Of a stretch of 64,000 nt of DNA, positions 19,079 through 29,193 are shown in pieces. Each line of letters opens with the position of its first letter. Position 1 is the first letter of the stretch. Location: positions 1,312,001 through 1,376,000 of the forward strand of contig CBDCWI010000001.1 of the NCBI GenBank assembly GCA_965223325.1. Direction: 5' to 3'. Source of the stretch: Candidatus Multivoradales bacterium (GTDB taxonomy: Bacteria; Acidobacteriota; Thermoanaerobaculia; Multivoradales; Multivoraceae). A program made the position numbers and the translations under genes. The notes beneath the pieces were generated by a model that was given only the letters and a program-made list of their open reading frames with translations, was not told the origin of the DNA and did no database searches.

Positions 19079-20461
19079 GTGAAGTCGCTCGCCGAAAAAG
19101 GTCCGCAGAGCGGCGACTCGATGATGGAATTGATCGAGCGGCTCTTCCCTATCTGTCGCTCGATCACCGGCGCCGGAGTAAGAGACACGCTCGACGTTCT
19201 CGGCGAGGTCCTCTCTCTCGAGCGCTATCGACTACCGACGGGGCAAGCGGTTCTCGATTGGCGGGTCCCCAAGGAGTGGACCGTCGAGGCGGCGACGCTC
19301 AAAGACCCTGAGGGTCACTCGGTCGTCGACTTCAAAGACCACAACCTGCACCTGCTCAACTACAGCGCCCCCTTTGAGGGCAGCGTCGCGCTCGAAGAGC
19401 TGGAGGAGCACCTGTACTCGCTGCCCGAGCATCCCGAGTGGGTTCCCTACCGCACTTCCTACTACCAGGAGCGTTGGGGATTCTGCCTCAGCCACCATGA
19501 CCGCCAACAACTCGTGCCCGGCCAGTACGAGGTTGCAATTGACACCGCGCTCGGCAACGGTCACCTGGACTGGGGAGAGCTCTACCTACCACCAACGGTA
19601 GATGCCAGCCAGGCCTCTCAGGATGTGCTGCTGTCCGCGCATATCTGTCACCCATCGCTCGCCAACGACAACCTCTCGGCCATCGCGGTGCTCTGGCGGT
19701 TGGGGCAACTCCTCGGAGAACTCGAAGAGCGCCGGCATGGCTACAGGCTCGTCTTCGCGCCCGGAACCATCGGAGCCATCTGCTGGTTGGCGCACAATCG
19801 CGACTCCGCGGCCAAACGGGTCGGCCATGGGCTGGTGCTCGCCAACCTGGGCGATCGCGGGCGCTTTCACTACAAGCGAACTCGACGAGGCCAGCGTGGC
19901 ATCGATCGGGCGGTCGCTCGAACGTTTGAGGCCGATCTCGCCGAGGGCGACTTCGAGCTCCGCGACTTCTCACCTTTCGGCTACGACGAGCGCCAGTACG
20001 GCTCACCCGGCTTCGATCTGCCGGTTGGTCTCCTGAGCAGGACGCCCTGGGGGGAGTTCCCCGAGTACCACACTTCGGCCGATGATCTTTCGCTGGTCAG
20101 TTCCGAAGCGCTCGCCGAATCGCTCGACGTCCTGCTCGCCATCGTCGCTGCCATCGAGAGTGGGGAGTTCGAAGACGGGCCTCTACGGACCAAGGAGCCG
20201 CGCGATGACGGCACGCCGGTGCTACGGAACGTCGAACCCTATGGCGAACCCCAGCTCGGCAGTCGCGGCCTCTACTCCACCCTCGGTGGCGGCGAGAACG
20301 GTCGCGAGCAGCAGTTGGCGATCCTCTGGTTGCTCAACCAATGCGACGGTGAGAACAGTCTCGGTGAGATCAGCGAGCGTTCAGGCTTCACGGTGGAGCG
20401 ACTGTCTGAGACGGCACGCATCTTGACTTCGAGTGGTCTACTCGAGCGGCTGCGCGGCTGA
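19079..20461 (+). CDS. DUF4910 family aminopeptidase-like polysaccharide biosynthesis protein
   Basis: LFPICRSITGAGVR, PYRTSYY, HICHPSLANDNLS, GYDERQY, EYHTSADD, C-terminal HTH. Confidence 0.9.
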   Translation: MKSLAEKGPQSGDSMMELIERLFPICRSITGAGVRDTLDVLGEVLSLERYRLPTGQAVLDWRVPKEWTVEAATLKDPEGHSVVDFKDHNLHLLNYSAPFEGSVALEELEEHLYSLPEHPEWVPYRTSYYQERWGFCLSHHDRQQLVPGQYEVAIDTALGNGHLDWGELYLPPTVDASQASQDVLLSAHICHPSLANDNLSAIAVLWRLGQLLGELEERRHGYRLVFAPGTIGAICWLAHNRDSAAKRVGHGLVLANLGDRGRFHYKRTRRGQRGIDRAVARTFEADLAEGDFELRDFSPFGYDERQYGSPGFDLPVGLLSRTPWGEFPEYHTSADDLSLVSSEALAESLDVLLAIVAAIESGEFEDGPLRTKEPRDDGTPVLRNVEPYGEPQLGSRGLYSTLGGGENGREQQLAILWLLNQCDGENSLGEISERSGFTVERLSETARILTSSGLLERLRG

Positions 20462-20463
20462 GC

Positions 20464-22746
20464 TCAGGGGCGAGGAGACGTCTCGGCCACGGCCACCTCG
20501 ACCGCCGCCACGTTACCCTCTCGGCGATCGCCGAACCAGGCGACGTACTCGAGAACCGGCTCGATCTCCAGCACCAGCGAACCGACCGTCGCAACCGGAG
20601 CGTCAACGCGAACCGCGACCTCGACCGCATCACCGGGGGCGACCGGGCCCGGCAGTTCGGTGCGATGGTTGCCGCGCCCGAGGCTCGTCCCGTCGCCGGC
20701 AAGCCACTGGTAGCCCAGCTTGACGCGCGTCGACGGAGCCGGACTCCAGACCACTTCACTGTTGTTCCGGACGGTGACCGGCACCTCGAAGGCCTCTCCA
20801 GGTGAAACCGCATAAGGGGAGCTTCGAACAGCGACTTCGGCAAAGAAGGGGTCGCCCTCGACCATCGAGCCGTCGCCCAGCCAGATCAAGCGAGCACCCT
20901 GCATGAAGGTCAGCGTTTCCGACTCGGGTTCAGCAAACGTCGAACAGCGACGCGGCGGATAGTGGCGCTCCCAGTCGCGAAGCGCTCCGCGGCTGGCATG
21001 CACGGTGAGCCTGTACACCCACTCACTGTGACCCTCCCGAAGCCGCCTGCGACCGCGCGGCTCGAAGCGTACCCACGCACCCTGTCCGGTGCGCTCCATG
21101 TCCAGTTCGTGGGTCGCATCGTCCATGGACAGGCGAATTCGATTCGACGGCGCGGCGGACTGCACTTCGAACATGAAGACCGGGAGCTTCTGCGGCGACA
21201 GGAAGATCAATTCCACCGGCGCCGATGCCTCGACCCACAGTTCTTCGCCGAGTGGCACCACCACGTCCTTCTGCGCCCGCAGCCTCAACCCCTCGCCGAA
21301 CTTGACGGTGTGGTACCCCGGCATGTTGCGCAGCGACAACTCGAGCGGCAGGTGACGCAACGGGAAACCTCGCGCGTGGGCCTGGAGCGTTGGTTCAGGA
21401 ACCAGCACTCCTAAAGGGGTCAAGAGGAGCGGGCCAAGCAAGAGGCCACCGACGCCGAAGGCGATGGGTAGGAGACGGGCTCGCACAGCGGTCACCAGAA
21501 AGAGAAACGCTGGGACCACACTCACGAAATAGCGATTGCCAACGAAGCCCCCGCCACCCTGCCAGTTCCAGTCGATGAACAAGAGGAACCAGAAAGCGAC
21601 CACGACGAGTGAGAACAGCAACAACAGATGCGGTCGCGAGCGACGGCCGTAGAACAGAAACAGCACCACGGCTAGCGCTGCGAAGGGGAAGTACGGAACG
21701 AAACCTGCGTGGCGACCGATCAAGAAGTAGACAACGTTCTCGGCCAGCGCCGTTGGGTGGACACGAGGGATGCGCGCCAGCCAAGTGAACGCGTTCTGTG
21801 GCGTCGCTTCCGGGGCGGAGTCGGTCGCCAGTGCTGCAACCTCTTGCCTTGTGTCACCGCGCCACGCGGCGACCTCGGGCGGCATCTCGCCCGGCGCACA
21901 AACCGTCACCCCCCCGCGGTGCGGTTCCAGATACGGCGAGAGTCGCCCGGTGAGCACCAGACAAACCAACGAGGTGACGAGTAGCCCGAGAACGACCCCA
22001 CCGACCACCCAACCCGCGGCGCGAACTCGACGTGCGAGAAGCGGAGCTCCTACCAGCACCAGCGCCAGGCCGGCATACATCGGCTTGCCCCAGGCAGCCA
22101 CGCCGAGAGCGGCCCCCGAGCCAAGGGAGAACGCCCAGGCATGGCGCGTTTCTTCGGGCAGGCGCTCGAAGCCGAGAAACATCGCCAGGGTGATCAAGAA
22201 GGCGTTCCAGATCTCGGGCTGCAGCCAGAAGACGTAGGTCCACAAGGCGCTCACAAAGAAAAAGCCCACCGAGAACACCGCCGCCACGGGCGGTGACAGC
22301 CAGCGCGATAGGTAGAGCGCCCCCATCCAGATCATCGCCAGGAACAACACGACGTTTAAAAGCAGCATCCCGTTGGCGCCCAGCAGCCGAACCGCCGGTG
22401 CCGCTGCCAGCGAGTACGGATAGGGCTTGCCGAAATGGGTCGACTGCCAGCCATCGGTACTCATCAAGATGAGGTTGCGCTTCCAGCGAAACGGAAAGTC
22501 CTCGAACAAGCGCACCGTATCGACCTCGTCAAACCGCAGGTCGAAGTCGTTGGCGAGGCTCTCAGCCATGCCGAGGTAGGCCGCCTCATCGGCCTTCAGG
22601 TTGACAGGTAGACCCGGTTTTCCGATGGCGAGCGGTAGCGCCAGCAGAAACAACGACAGCGCGACCAACACCAATACGGTGCTCTGGTACTGCCACAACG
22701 GATTGCGCGGACCGAGGATCGGGCGCTCGAGGGGAGGAGCAGACAT
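20464..22746 (-). CDS. Polytopic membrane protein, putative GT-C glycosyltransferase with C-terminal Ig-like domain (paralogue of 12669..14453)
   Basis: ADEAAY, GGGGFVGNRYF; C-terminal VTVRNNSEVVW...GPVAPGDAVEV resembles an NBR1-type Ig-like domain. Confidence 0.65.
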   Translation of the reverse strand: MSAPPLERPILGPRNPLWQYQSTVLVLVALSLFLLALPLAIGKPGLPVNLKADEAAYLGMAESLANDFDLRFDEVDTVRLFEDFPFRWKRNLILMSTDGWQSTHFGKPYPYSLAAAPAVRLLGANGMLLLNVVLFLAMIWMGALYLSRWLSPPVAAVFSVGFFFVSALWTYVFWLQPEIWNAFLITLAMFLGFERLPEETRHAWAFSLGSGAALGVAAWGKPMYAGLALVLVGAPLLARRVRAAGWVVGGVVLGLLVTSLVCLVLTGRLSPYLEPHRGGVTVCAPGEMPPEVAAWRGDTRQEVAALATDSAPEATPQNAFTWLARIPRVHPTALAENVVYFLIGRHAGFVPYFPFAALAVVLFLFYGRRSRPHLLLLFSLVVVAFWFLLFIDWNWQGGGGFVGNRYFVSVVPAFLFLVTAVRARLLPIAFGVGGLLLGPLLLTPLGVLVPEPTLQAHARGFPLRHLPLELSLRNMPGYHTVKFGEGLRLRAQKDVVVPLGEELWVEASAPVELIFLSPQKLPVFMFEVQSAAPSNRIRLSMDDATHELDMERTGQGAWVRFEPRGRRRLREGHSEWVYRLTVHASRGALRDWERHYPPRRCSTFAEPESETLTFMQGARLIWLGDGSMVEGDPFFAEVAVRSSPYAVSPGEAFEVPVTVRNNSEVVWSPAPSTRVKLGYQWLAGDGTSLGRGNHRTELPGPVAPGDAVEVAVRVDAPVATVGSLVLEIEPVLEYVAWFGDRREGNVAAVEVAVAETSPRP

Positions 22747-22765
22747 CGCGCGGAGTCTACGACCC

Positions 22766-23881
22766 CTAACGAACGGGTGCCCAGCCGGCAGTGGCGCTCT
22801 GTTCTGCGGACCACAGGAGGGTGGGGTCGCCCGCAACCAGACGCACCACCGGAGTCTCGCGAAGGTCGGTCTCGATGAGCGCGGTGCGCGTCACCTGGGC
22901 CGTACCATCGAGCTCGGCAAGGCTCCACTGACGCGGCCATGACCGGTAGCTCAGAAGCCGACGGCTCGAGGGAGGGCCACTCCAGCTGAGGCGATGCGCT
23001 CCCAGGGCGGGCAGCTCTTCGGTGTCCCATACCGTCGCCGCTTCGAGCCGCTTCGCCAGGTGCAGGCGGTAGCCGCTGTTCGGAGCAGCAGCGTTCTCTT
23101 CGCGCACGAAACCCGACCACGCCACCGCAACGCCAGCCGTGGTCGTTGCCACCCGCGGCCGAATGTCGGGAACCTGGTTGTCGGTGAGGTTTTGCGCCGC
23201 CTGCCAGAGACCTCGCGTGCGCACGGCCACCCGGATCTCGTCGTCCTGGCCGTCGAAGGCGCTCCAGGCGAGCAACCAGCTCCCGTCGCCGAGCACCGCA
23301 CCGTCGAGCCCGGTCTGGGTGCCGCGAGCTGCAGCAGCGACGCGGACAGGGCGCTCGAAGACAGGGTCGGTTGATTCTTCGCTGTCGGCCGCCGGACTTC
23401 GCACGGCGGCCGCCCAGACTTCTAAGCGCTGGGGGTCGGAGCCTTCGAGCCAGGCGAGCCCGACGAGTGCACCGTTCGCCACCAGCACGACCGGCTCGCT
23501 GCGCTCGCGTGCCGTGCCGCTCGTGTGGCCTGGCACACGCAGCGGTCGTTGTGCTCCTTCGTCGCCCACCAGCAGGAAGAGCTCGTCGAGGCTGAGTTCG
23601 CCCCGGGTCCCGGAGTCACTCGCCGGACGTGAGCCGGCCACCCAGAACCGCCTCCCATTCTCACCTTCGGCAACCGCGAACGAGGAAACGAAGCCATCGC
23701 CCGTGGCTACTTCGGTCTTCGCCCCGCCGGGCCAGACAACGGCCACCACGTCGCCCTCGGCGCGTAGAACGACCTCTTCGCCCGAGACCGGGTCGGCTCG
23801 CTGGAGAACGAGAACATCGCTCGCCCACACCCTCGCACCCGAGACCAACATGACCAGGGCGACCAGCAGAGTGCAGCGCAC
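22766..23881 (-). CDS. Secreted hypothetical protein (beta-rich repeats)
   Basis: Hydrophobic signal-like N-terminus; repeated LAW/VAW strand motifs. Start uncertain. Confidence 0.6.
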   Translation of the reverse strand: MRCTLLVALVMLVSGARVWASDVLVLQRADPVSGEEVVLRAEGDVVAVVWPGGAKTEVATGDGFVSSFAVAEGENGRRFWVAGSRPASDSGTRGELSLDELFLLVGDEGAQRPLRVPGHTSGTARERSEPVVLVANGALVGLAWLEGSDPQRLEVWAAAVRSPAADSEESTDPVFERPVRVAAAARGTQTGLDGAVLGDGSWLLAWSAFDGQDDEIRVAVRTRGLWQAAQNLTDNQVPDIRPRVATTTAGVAVAWSGFVREENAAAPNSGYRLHLAKRLEAATVWDTEELPALGAHRLSWSGPPSSRRLLSYRSWPRQWSLAELDGTAQVTRTALIETDLRETPVVRLVAGDPTLLWSAEQSATAGWAPVR

Positions 23882-24205
23882 TCGAGGGTCGCCCGAGCGC
23901 GGGCTCGAATGCCTGGCGCCGAAGGGGTTTTGGGGCGTGTTTTCGGGCCGGTTTCCGAAGCGAGGGACCATCAGGAAATCGTTCTCAGAGCAGAAACGTC
24001 GTGGGGGAGTCGAAGCTTCAATCTATCAGCCGGCCCCAGCTCTGAGCCGACGCTCGGGTCGCGCGGTCGCCAGTAGACTGCCCGGGGACAGAACGGCTGT
24101 CGACCGGTCGAGATTGCCCTAGAAGCTCGCAACGACCCGCTGCCCCGCAAACATCCTAGAGTTCCCAGGCCCTCCACCCCGCTGGTCAGACGACGAACAG
24201 ACTCC

Positions 24206-25474
24206 ATGCCAGGCCGCCCCATAACCCGCAGTTCTCCGCGTTACCTCGCCTCCGAGGCACGGCGCATCTCGCGCAAGCTCTATCGTCGATTCACCCGTCA
24301 TGACCAGCGCCTTGCCAGGCTGCGGCCCGCCGGTAGCCCACGCGGCCGGGTCCTTCTCTCCTACGTGCTCGACCCCCTCCTTCTCCCGCTCGACCATGAC
24401 CTCCCCCACTCCCACACCCACTTCTGGGAGACGCGCGAGATCGCACGTTCGTTTCTCGACCTCGGCTGGGCCGTCGACGGAATCTCCTGGACGCATCGCA
24501 CCTTCGAACCCAACGAAGGCTATGAGGTGATCATCGACCCGCGTGCCAACCTCGAGCGCCTCGCCGAGACCCTGCCAACGGCGCAGGCCATCTTCCACTC
24601 TGACACCTGTCACTGGGCGGCGAGCAATGCGGCACAGGAAGCCCGCCAACAGGCACTCACCCAACGTCGCGGGGTACGACTCGATCGTCACAAGCTGGTG
24701 GAAGAGAACCGCGGTGCCGAAGCCGCCTCGATCGTCTGCTACCTCGGCAACGACTTCACCCGTCGCACCTTCGAGAACGCACTCCGCTCTGGGGGCTCTG
24801 GGGGCTCTGGGGGCGAGAAAGATTTCACGCCGACCGACAAACCCCTGGTGCGCATCCCGGTCTCGGTCCCCTTCGAATACGACTGGCCCGGCGATCGAGA
24901 CTGGGAACAGGCGCGGCGACGGTTTCTGTGGTTCGGCAGCGGCGGCCTGGTGCACAAGGGGCTCGACTTGGTGCTCGAAGCCTTCGCGGGCATGCCGGAG
25001 CTCGAGCTCACGGTCTGTGGACCAGTTGAGCGCGAGCGCGACTTCGAACGGCTCTACTGGCGCGAGCTCTACGAAACAGCCAACATCAACACCCTCGGCT
25101 GGATCGACTCGCGGCCTGAACACTTCGCACCGCTCGCCGCACGACACGGTGCCCTGATCTACCCGAGCTGCGCCGAGGGCGGTGGCTCGAGCGCTCTGAC
25201 CTGCATGCACGCCGGTCTCGCTCCCCTCTTGACCCCCGCCGCGAGTGTCGACCTCGAGCCCGATCGCGGCGTGCTCTTGACCGACGTGACCGTCGAGGGT
25301 CTGCGGGCGGCGGCACAGAGCTTCGCCGAGATGCCACCTGGCGAAAGCGAGCAGATGGCTCGCACCGCCTGGGAATGGGTCAGGCAACATCACACCCGCT
25401 CATTGTTCGCTTGCAACTATCGCCGCTTCGCCGGCCGGGTCACCGGCGAGCGTTCTAGCGGAGACGGCGAGTGA
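24206..25474 (+). CDS. GT-B (GT4-like) glycosyltransferase
   Basis: FLWFGSGGLVHKGLDLVLEAF and YPSCAEGGGSSALTCM signature. Confidence 0.85.
   Translation: MPGRPITRSSPRYLASEARRISRKLYRRFTRHDQRLARLRPAGSPRGRVLLSYVLDPLLLPLDHDLPHSHTHFWETREIARSFLDLGWAVDGISWTHRTFEPNEGYEVIIDPRANLERLAETLPTAQAIFHSDTCHWAASNAAQEARQQALTQRRGVRLDRHKLVEENRGAEAASIVCYLGNDFTRRTFENALRSGGSGGSGGEKDFTPTDKPLVRIPVSVPFEYDWPGDRDWEQARRRFLWFGSGGLVHKGLDLVLEAFAGMPELELTVCGPVERERDFERLYWRELYETANINTLGWIDSRPEHFAPLAARHGALIYPSCAEGGGSSALTCMHAGLAPLLTPAASVDLEPDRGVLLTDVTVEGLRAAAQSFAEMPPGESEQMARTAWEWVRQHHTRSLFACNYRRFAGRVTGERSSGDGE
24786..24814 (+). repeat. In-frame 9-bp tandem repeat (GCTCTGGGG)x3 encoding SGGSGGSGG
   Basis: Three exact copies inside the GT4 CDS. 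Confidence 0.85.
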
Positions 25475-26265
25475 TCGAGCCCGGGTCTGGCGACGTCGCG
25501 GTCGCGCTTTCACCGCATCTCGACGACGCGGTGTTCTCGTTGGGCAGCACCCTCGCGCGCCTCTCAAAAGAAGGTCGCAGCGTTCATATGGTCACGGTCT
25601 TCGCCGGCCCTCCTGCGCCTGCGGCCCCCTTACACTCCCTCGCGAAGCAACTGCACGAGCTCTGGGGCCTAGGCGACGACCCGGTCGGCGAGCGCCGGCA
25701 AGAAGACCTCGAGGCGGCCGCTGTTCTCGGGGCCCAGGCCACCCACTGGGACTTCATCGAAGCGCTCTACCGCACCGGCTCAGTTGAGCGCCCGCTCTAT
25801 CCCGACCTATCCAGTCTTCGCCAGGCGCCTCATCGAGCAGACGCGCAGCTGGTCGAAAATCTCAGCGTCGCGCTCGAACGCCTGGCCAGCGACCTGGATG
25901 AGGAGGCGCACTTTTTCGCGCCGCTCGCCATCGGGGCCCACGTCGATCACGTGTTGTTGCGCGCCGCCGCGGAGCGAACCCTTCCCCCTTCCCGGCTGTG
26001 GCTCTTTGAAGACCTTCCCTACGCCTTCAACAGGCGGGTACGCAAACGAGGCCTGCCTCGGCGCCGAACCAGTGAGGACGTGCTACTCCCCATCTCCGCA
26101 CGCGACCTGGAGCGTAAGTGTGAAGCAGCATGCTGCTATCGCTCGCAGATCGCTCCGGCCTGGCCCGACCGAGCGGCCCTCGAGCGCGAGTTCAGAGATT
26201 TCGCCGCGAAGAGCGGCGGCGGCGAGCGCGTGTGGACCGTTCCCACGCCAAGTTCAAGGTCCTGA
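25471..26265 (+). CDS. PIG-L/LmbE family deacetylase
   Basis: SPHLDDAVFS, RRQED, GAHVDH, EDLPY, YRSQ. Confidence 0.9.
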   Translation: MIEPGSGDVAVALSPHLDDAVFSLGSTLARLSKEGRSVHMVTVFAGPPAPAAPLHSLAKQLHELWGLGDDPVGERRQEDLEAAAVLGAQATHWDFIEALYRTGSVERPLYPDLSSLRQAPHRADAQLVENLSVALERLASDLDEEAHFFAPLAIGAHVDHVLLRAAAERTLPPSRLWLFEDLPYAFNRRVRKRGLPRRRTSEDVLLPISARDLERKCEAACCYRSQIAPAWPDRAALEREFRDFAAKSGGGERVWTVPTPSSRS

Positions 26266-28050
26266 ATCAGAGCCGGCTGGCACCAACACGACCTTCTGTT
26301 CCAAGAAAGACGTTTCGCCGCCCAACTCGTCGTGCACCGCCACGACCACGGTTGCCTCGACACCACGAAGCGGAATCTCGACCTCGTAGGTGTAGCTCTC
26401 ACCGCGTGGGCTCTTTCCACTCGGCAAACCGACGGGAATGCTCTTGTGGCCAACGGGCGTGTAGCGCTCCCAACCATCACGGGCACCGATGAAGACCGCG
26501 AACGAGCCGGCGTCATGACCCTCCTGCGGCACCAGGGCGAGGTGATCGAGCGGCACCACCACTCGCAGCCGCGCGGTTCTGCTCCGAGGACCATCGCCGC
26601 CGTCGCCGGAGGTGGGGGTGTCGCGCACGTCGACGACCTCCAGTTTCGCGCCCAGCGGGTTCTGAAGTGAGCCGTGAATGAAGGTACCGAAGACCGCCTG
26701 CGAGAGCTTCTCCTCGCGCGTTTCGGCGACATAGCTGCGGCGATAGCGCACATCGCCGGGACCCTCGACCTCGACCCTGATCGTGTGCACTTCGCCATCG
26801 GCGGGACGCGGTGGGGTGTAGGCCAGGCGGTAGCCGGCCGAGGCGTCTTCGACCGCCAGCGCCAGCACGTCGCTAGGCTGGTTGGTGTTGAAGAGCGCTT
26901 TGCCGCCGGTGTCGTTGGCGAGGGTGTAGAGGCCATCCTGGAGGTTTCGCATGCCGGCCGACTCGGTGGTCATCGCAGTGCGCGCCGAGTCGACCCCCGA
27001 GCTCCGGTTGGCGCGCAGGCCGGCGACCTGAAACGGGTAGATCGTCACCGATTGGGCATTCGCCTGGGCGCCCAACTGGTCCCAGGATCTTCGTGTGCTC
27101 TGGCTGTGCAGGGCATCGAGTGGCTTTCGTGGATCGAAGGGACGCTGGTCGCTGGTCAGTCGGTCCTGGCCGGTGGTGTCCTGGCCAAAGCACAACTCTG
27201 CGACGTGGAGCTGAACCTCCTGCCCGGGAAGAAGTGGAATACCGTCGCTGACCAGGAGCAGGCTCTTGCGACCGTCATAGCGGGCAAGCGACTGGACGAA
27301 GCGCCGCATGCCGGCGATCGAAGCGAGCGCCTGGGACTCGGCCTGCTGAGAATGCATCGCAGCCGTCGCCGCCAGATCCTCACAAGGGTCTTCCATCCCC
27401 TGCGCTCTTATGTTCTGGGTCGTATTGAGTGCCGCGTCGCGCGCCTGTTGATCGATCTGGCGCAAGACGAACTCGGGCGAGGCCAGCGCAGCGGTTGCCG
27501 GGTAGACCTTCCGGCGCGCCTCCTCAGACAGGGCGCGGCTGATCTCTTTCGGGTCGGCGGTAAACGGCAGGCGCATGCGGATCTGACCGTCGAAGGTGGC
27601 GATCGCCACTTCATCGCCCGGGCGAACGATTTCGTCGATGGTCTTCCTGAGTTGCTTGAAGAGCTGGCCACGGTGGCCCTTGCCCATGTGCAGCTCGTCG
27701 ACGTAGACGACCAGGCGGGCGCGACCGTCGGCCGGAAGCTCCATGCCTTCGGCGAGAAGTGGGCGCTCGTCAGAGTCGATCCAGGTGCGGTCGTCGCCGG
27801 CGGACTCTCTCGCCAGGGCCGAGAACTGCGCGATCTCGACCGGCTGCCCGTCTTCGAAGACAGAGAAGGCGGAGGCGTCGAGATCAGAAACCGCGGTGCC
27901 GCCCTGTTCGACCCACACGTCGACGACCACCAGACGCACGTCAACCTGATCGATCAAGGTGGCATCGGCGACTTGAGCGGCAGCAATGCCAGGCCACAAG
28001 CCACCCATGAGGGCCAGGAGCGAAACCAACACGAGAATCGAGTAGCGCAT
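26254..28050 (-). CDS. Acidobacterial-type secreted VWA domain protein
   Basis: Signal peptide, VDVRLVVVDVWV, FEDGQPVEI, RKSLLLVSDG, LANDTGG, YRLAYTP. Confidence 0.85.
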   Translation of the reverse strand: MRYSILVLVSLLALMGGLWPGIAAAQVADATLIDQVDVRLVVVDVWVEQGGTAVSDLDASAFSVFEDGQPVEIAQFSALARESAGDDRTWIDSDERPLLAEGMELPADGRARLVVYVDELHMGKGHRGQLFKQLRKTIDEIVRPGDEVAIATFDGQIRMRLPFTADPKEISRALSEEARRKVYPATAALASPEFVLRQIDQQARDAALNTTQNIRAQGMEDPCEDLAATAAMHSQQAESQALASIAGMRRFVQSLARYDGRKSLLLVSDGIPLLPGQEVQLHVAELCFGQDTTGQDRLTSDQRPFDPRKPLDALHSQSTRRSWDQLGAQANAQSVTIYPFQVAGLRANRSSGVDSARTAMTTESAGMRNLQDGLYTLANDTGGKALFNTNQPSDVLALAVEDASAGYRLAYTPPRPADGEVHTIRVEVEGPGDVRYRRSYVAETREEKLSQAVFGTFIHGSLQNPLGAKLEVVDVRDTPTSGDGGDGPRSRTARLRVVVPLDHLALVPQEGHDAGSFAVFIGARDGWERYTPVGHKSIPVGLPSGKSPRGESYTYEVEIPLRGVEATVVVAVHDELGGETSFLEQKVVLVPAGSDSGP

Positions 28051-28083
28051 CGCGCCAGTATACGAGGGACTGCTCTCGCTGTC

Positions 28084-29091
28084 TCAGGGGCGGACCGCAG
28101 GCTCTCGGGTACCGACTTCGGCGACCGCGAGCGGCGGATCGGGGATCGGCGGAATCTCGAGCCAGAGCCCGTGCCAGAAACCGCGCCACTTCTCGTAAAC
28201 CGCCCGCACGTTGCGGCGTGGCAATTCGCGGAGCGTTGCGGCAGGGATCGCCACCAGGGCGAACGCCAGGACGCGGGCCCAGTGCCACGGTCGGGCGTAG
28301 CGGCGCAGGTAGATCGCCGAGCTGCGGCCGGTGTGAAAGGTGCGAGTGGGCCTATAGACCCCGATCGAATGCGAAATCATGTGCCAGAGGTGCGCGTCGT
28401 GAACATAGAGGCAACGCCACCCGGCCTGTTTCAGGCGCACGCAGAAGTCGGCGTCTTCGACTCCCAGGTAGTAGACCGGGTCCCAGTACGGCACCTGCTC
28501 GAGAGCCGTACCGCGTACCAGCATCGCGCACCCGTTGATGTAGGGAACGAACTCGGTACGGTCGTACTGGCCACGGTCGAGTTCGCCGTCGCCGCGTTCG
28601 CGGGTGACAGTTTCACGCCAGCGCAAGGATCCACCCGCCGACCAGATGCGCTCGCGATCGCCGTGGTAGTAGCACTTGGGGCCAGCACAACCCGCACTCG
28701 GGTGCTCCTCCATGGCGACCACCAGGCGCTGCAACATTTCGCGGTCGACCTCGATGTCGTTGTTCATCAAGAGCACATAGTCGTAGCCCGACTCGCGCGC
28801 CCAGCGAATCCCGTGATTGAGCCCCCAGGAGATGCCGCGATTCTCTTCGACCCGCAGCTGGCGCACCGCTGGAAAAGCCTCGCGGATCGCCTCCCATGAG
28901 CCGTCGGTCGAGCCGTTGTCAACGACCAGAAGATCGAGCACCGGGTAGGAGAGCTCGAGAAGCGAGCCCAGGGTGACCTGGGTGACCTCACGGCCGTTGT
29001 AGTTGAGAACCACGCCGGCTACGCTCGGGACAGCGCTACCTCCCACGTCAGGCAAGTCCTGGGGCTTGGTGGGATGTTCGGCTTCGCTCAT
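28084..29091 (-). CDS. GT2 family glycosyltransferase
   Basis: VVLNYNG, VDNGSTDGS, LMNNDIE, GCAML, EDADFC. Confidence 0.93.
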   Translation of the reverse strand: MSEAEHPTKPQDLPDVGGSAVPSVAGVVLNYNGREVTQVTLGSLLELSYPVLDLLVVDNGSTDGSWEAIREAFPAVRQLRVEENRGISWGLNHGIRWARESGYDYVLLMNNDIEVDREMLQRLVVAMEEHPSAGCAGPKCYYHGDRERIWSAGGSLRWRETVTRERGDGELDRGQYDRTEFVPYINGCAMLVRGTALEQVPYWDPVYYLGVEDADFCVRLKQAGWRCLYVHDAHLWHMISHSIGVYRPTRTFHTGRSSAIYLRRYARPWHWARVLAFALVAIPAATLRELPRRNVRAVYEKWRGFWHGLWLEIPPIPDPPLAVAEVGTREPAVRP

Positions 29092-29193
29092 AAGACGGGC
29101 CCCTAAGGGGAATCGAGATCCGGATGGACAGGATGATACTGACAGTCACTGCTTGCACGGCGGTTTCGACCGCGGCGAACTGGTGGAGCTGAG

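Noticed and set aside
26674-28899. 741-aa plus-strand ORF
   Set aside because: Antisense to the VWA and GT2 genes; long shadow ORFs are expected at this GC content.
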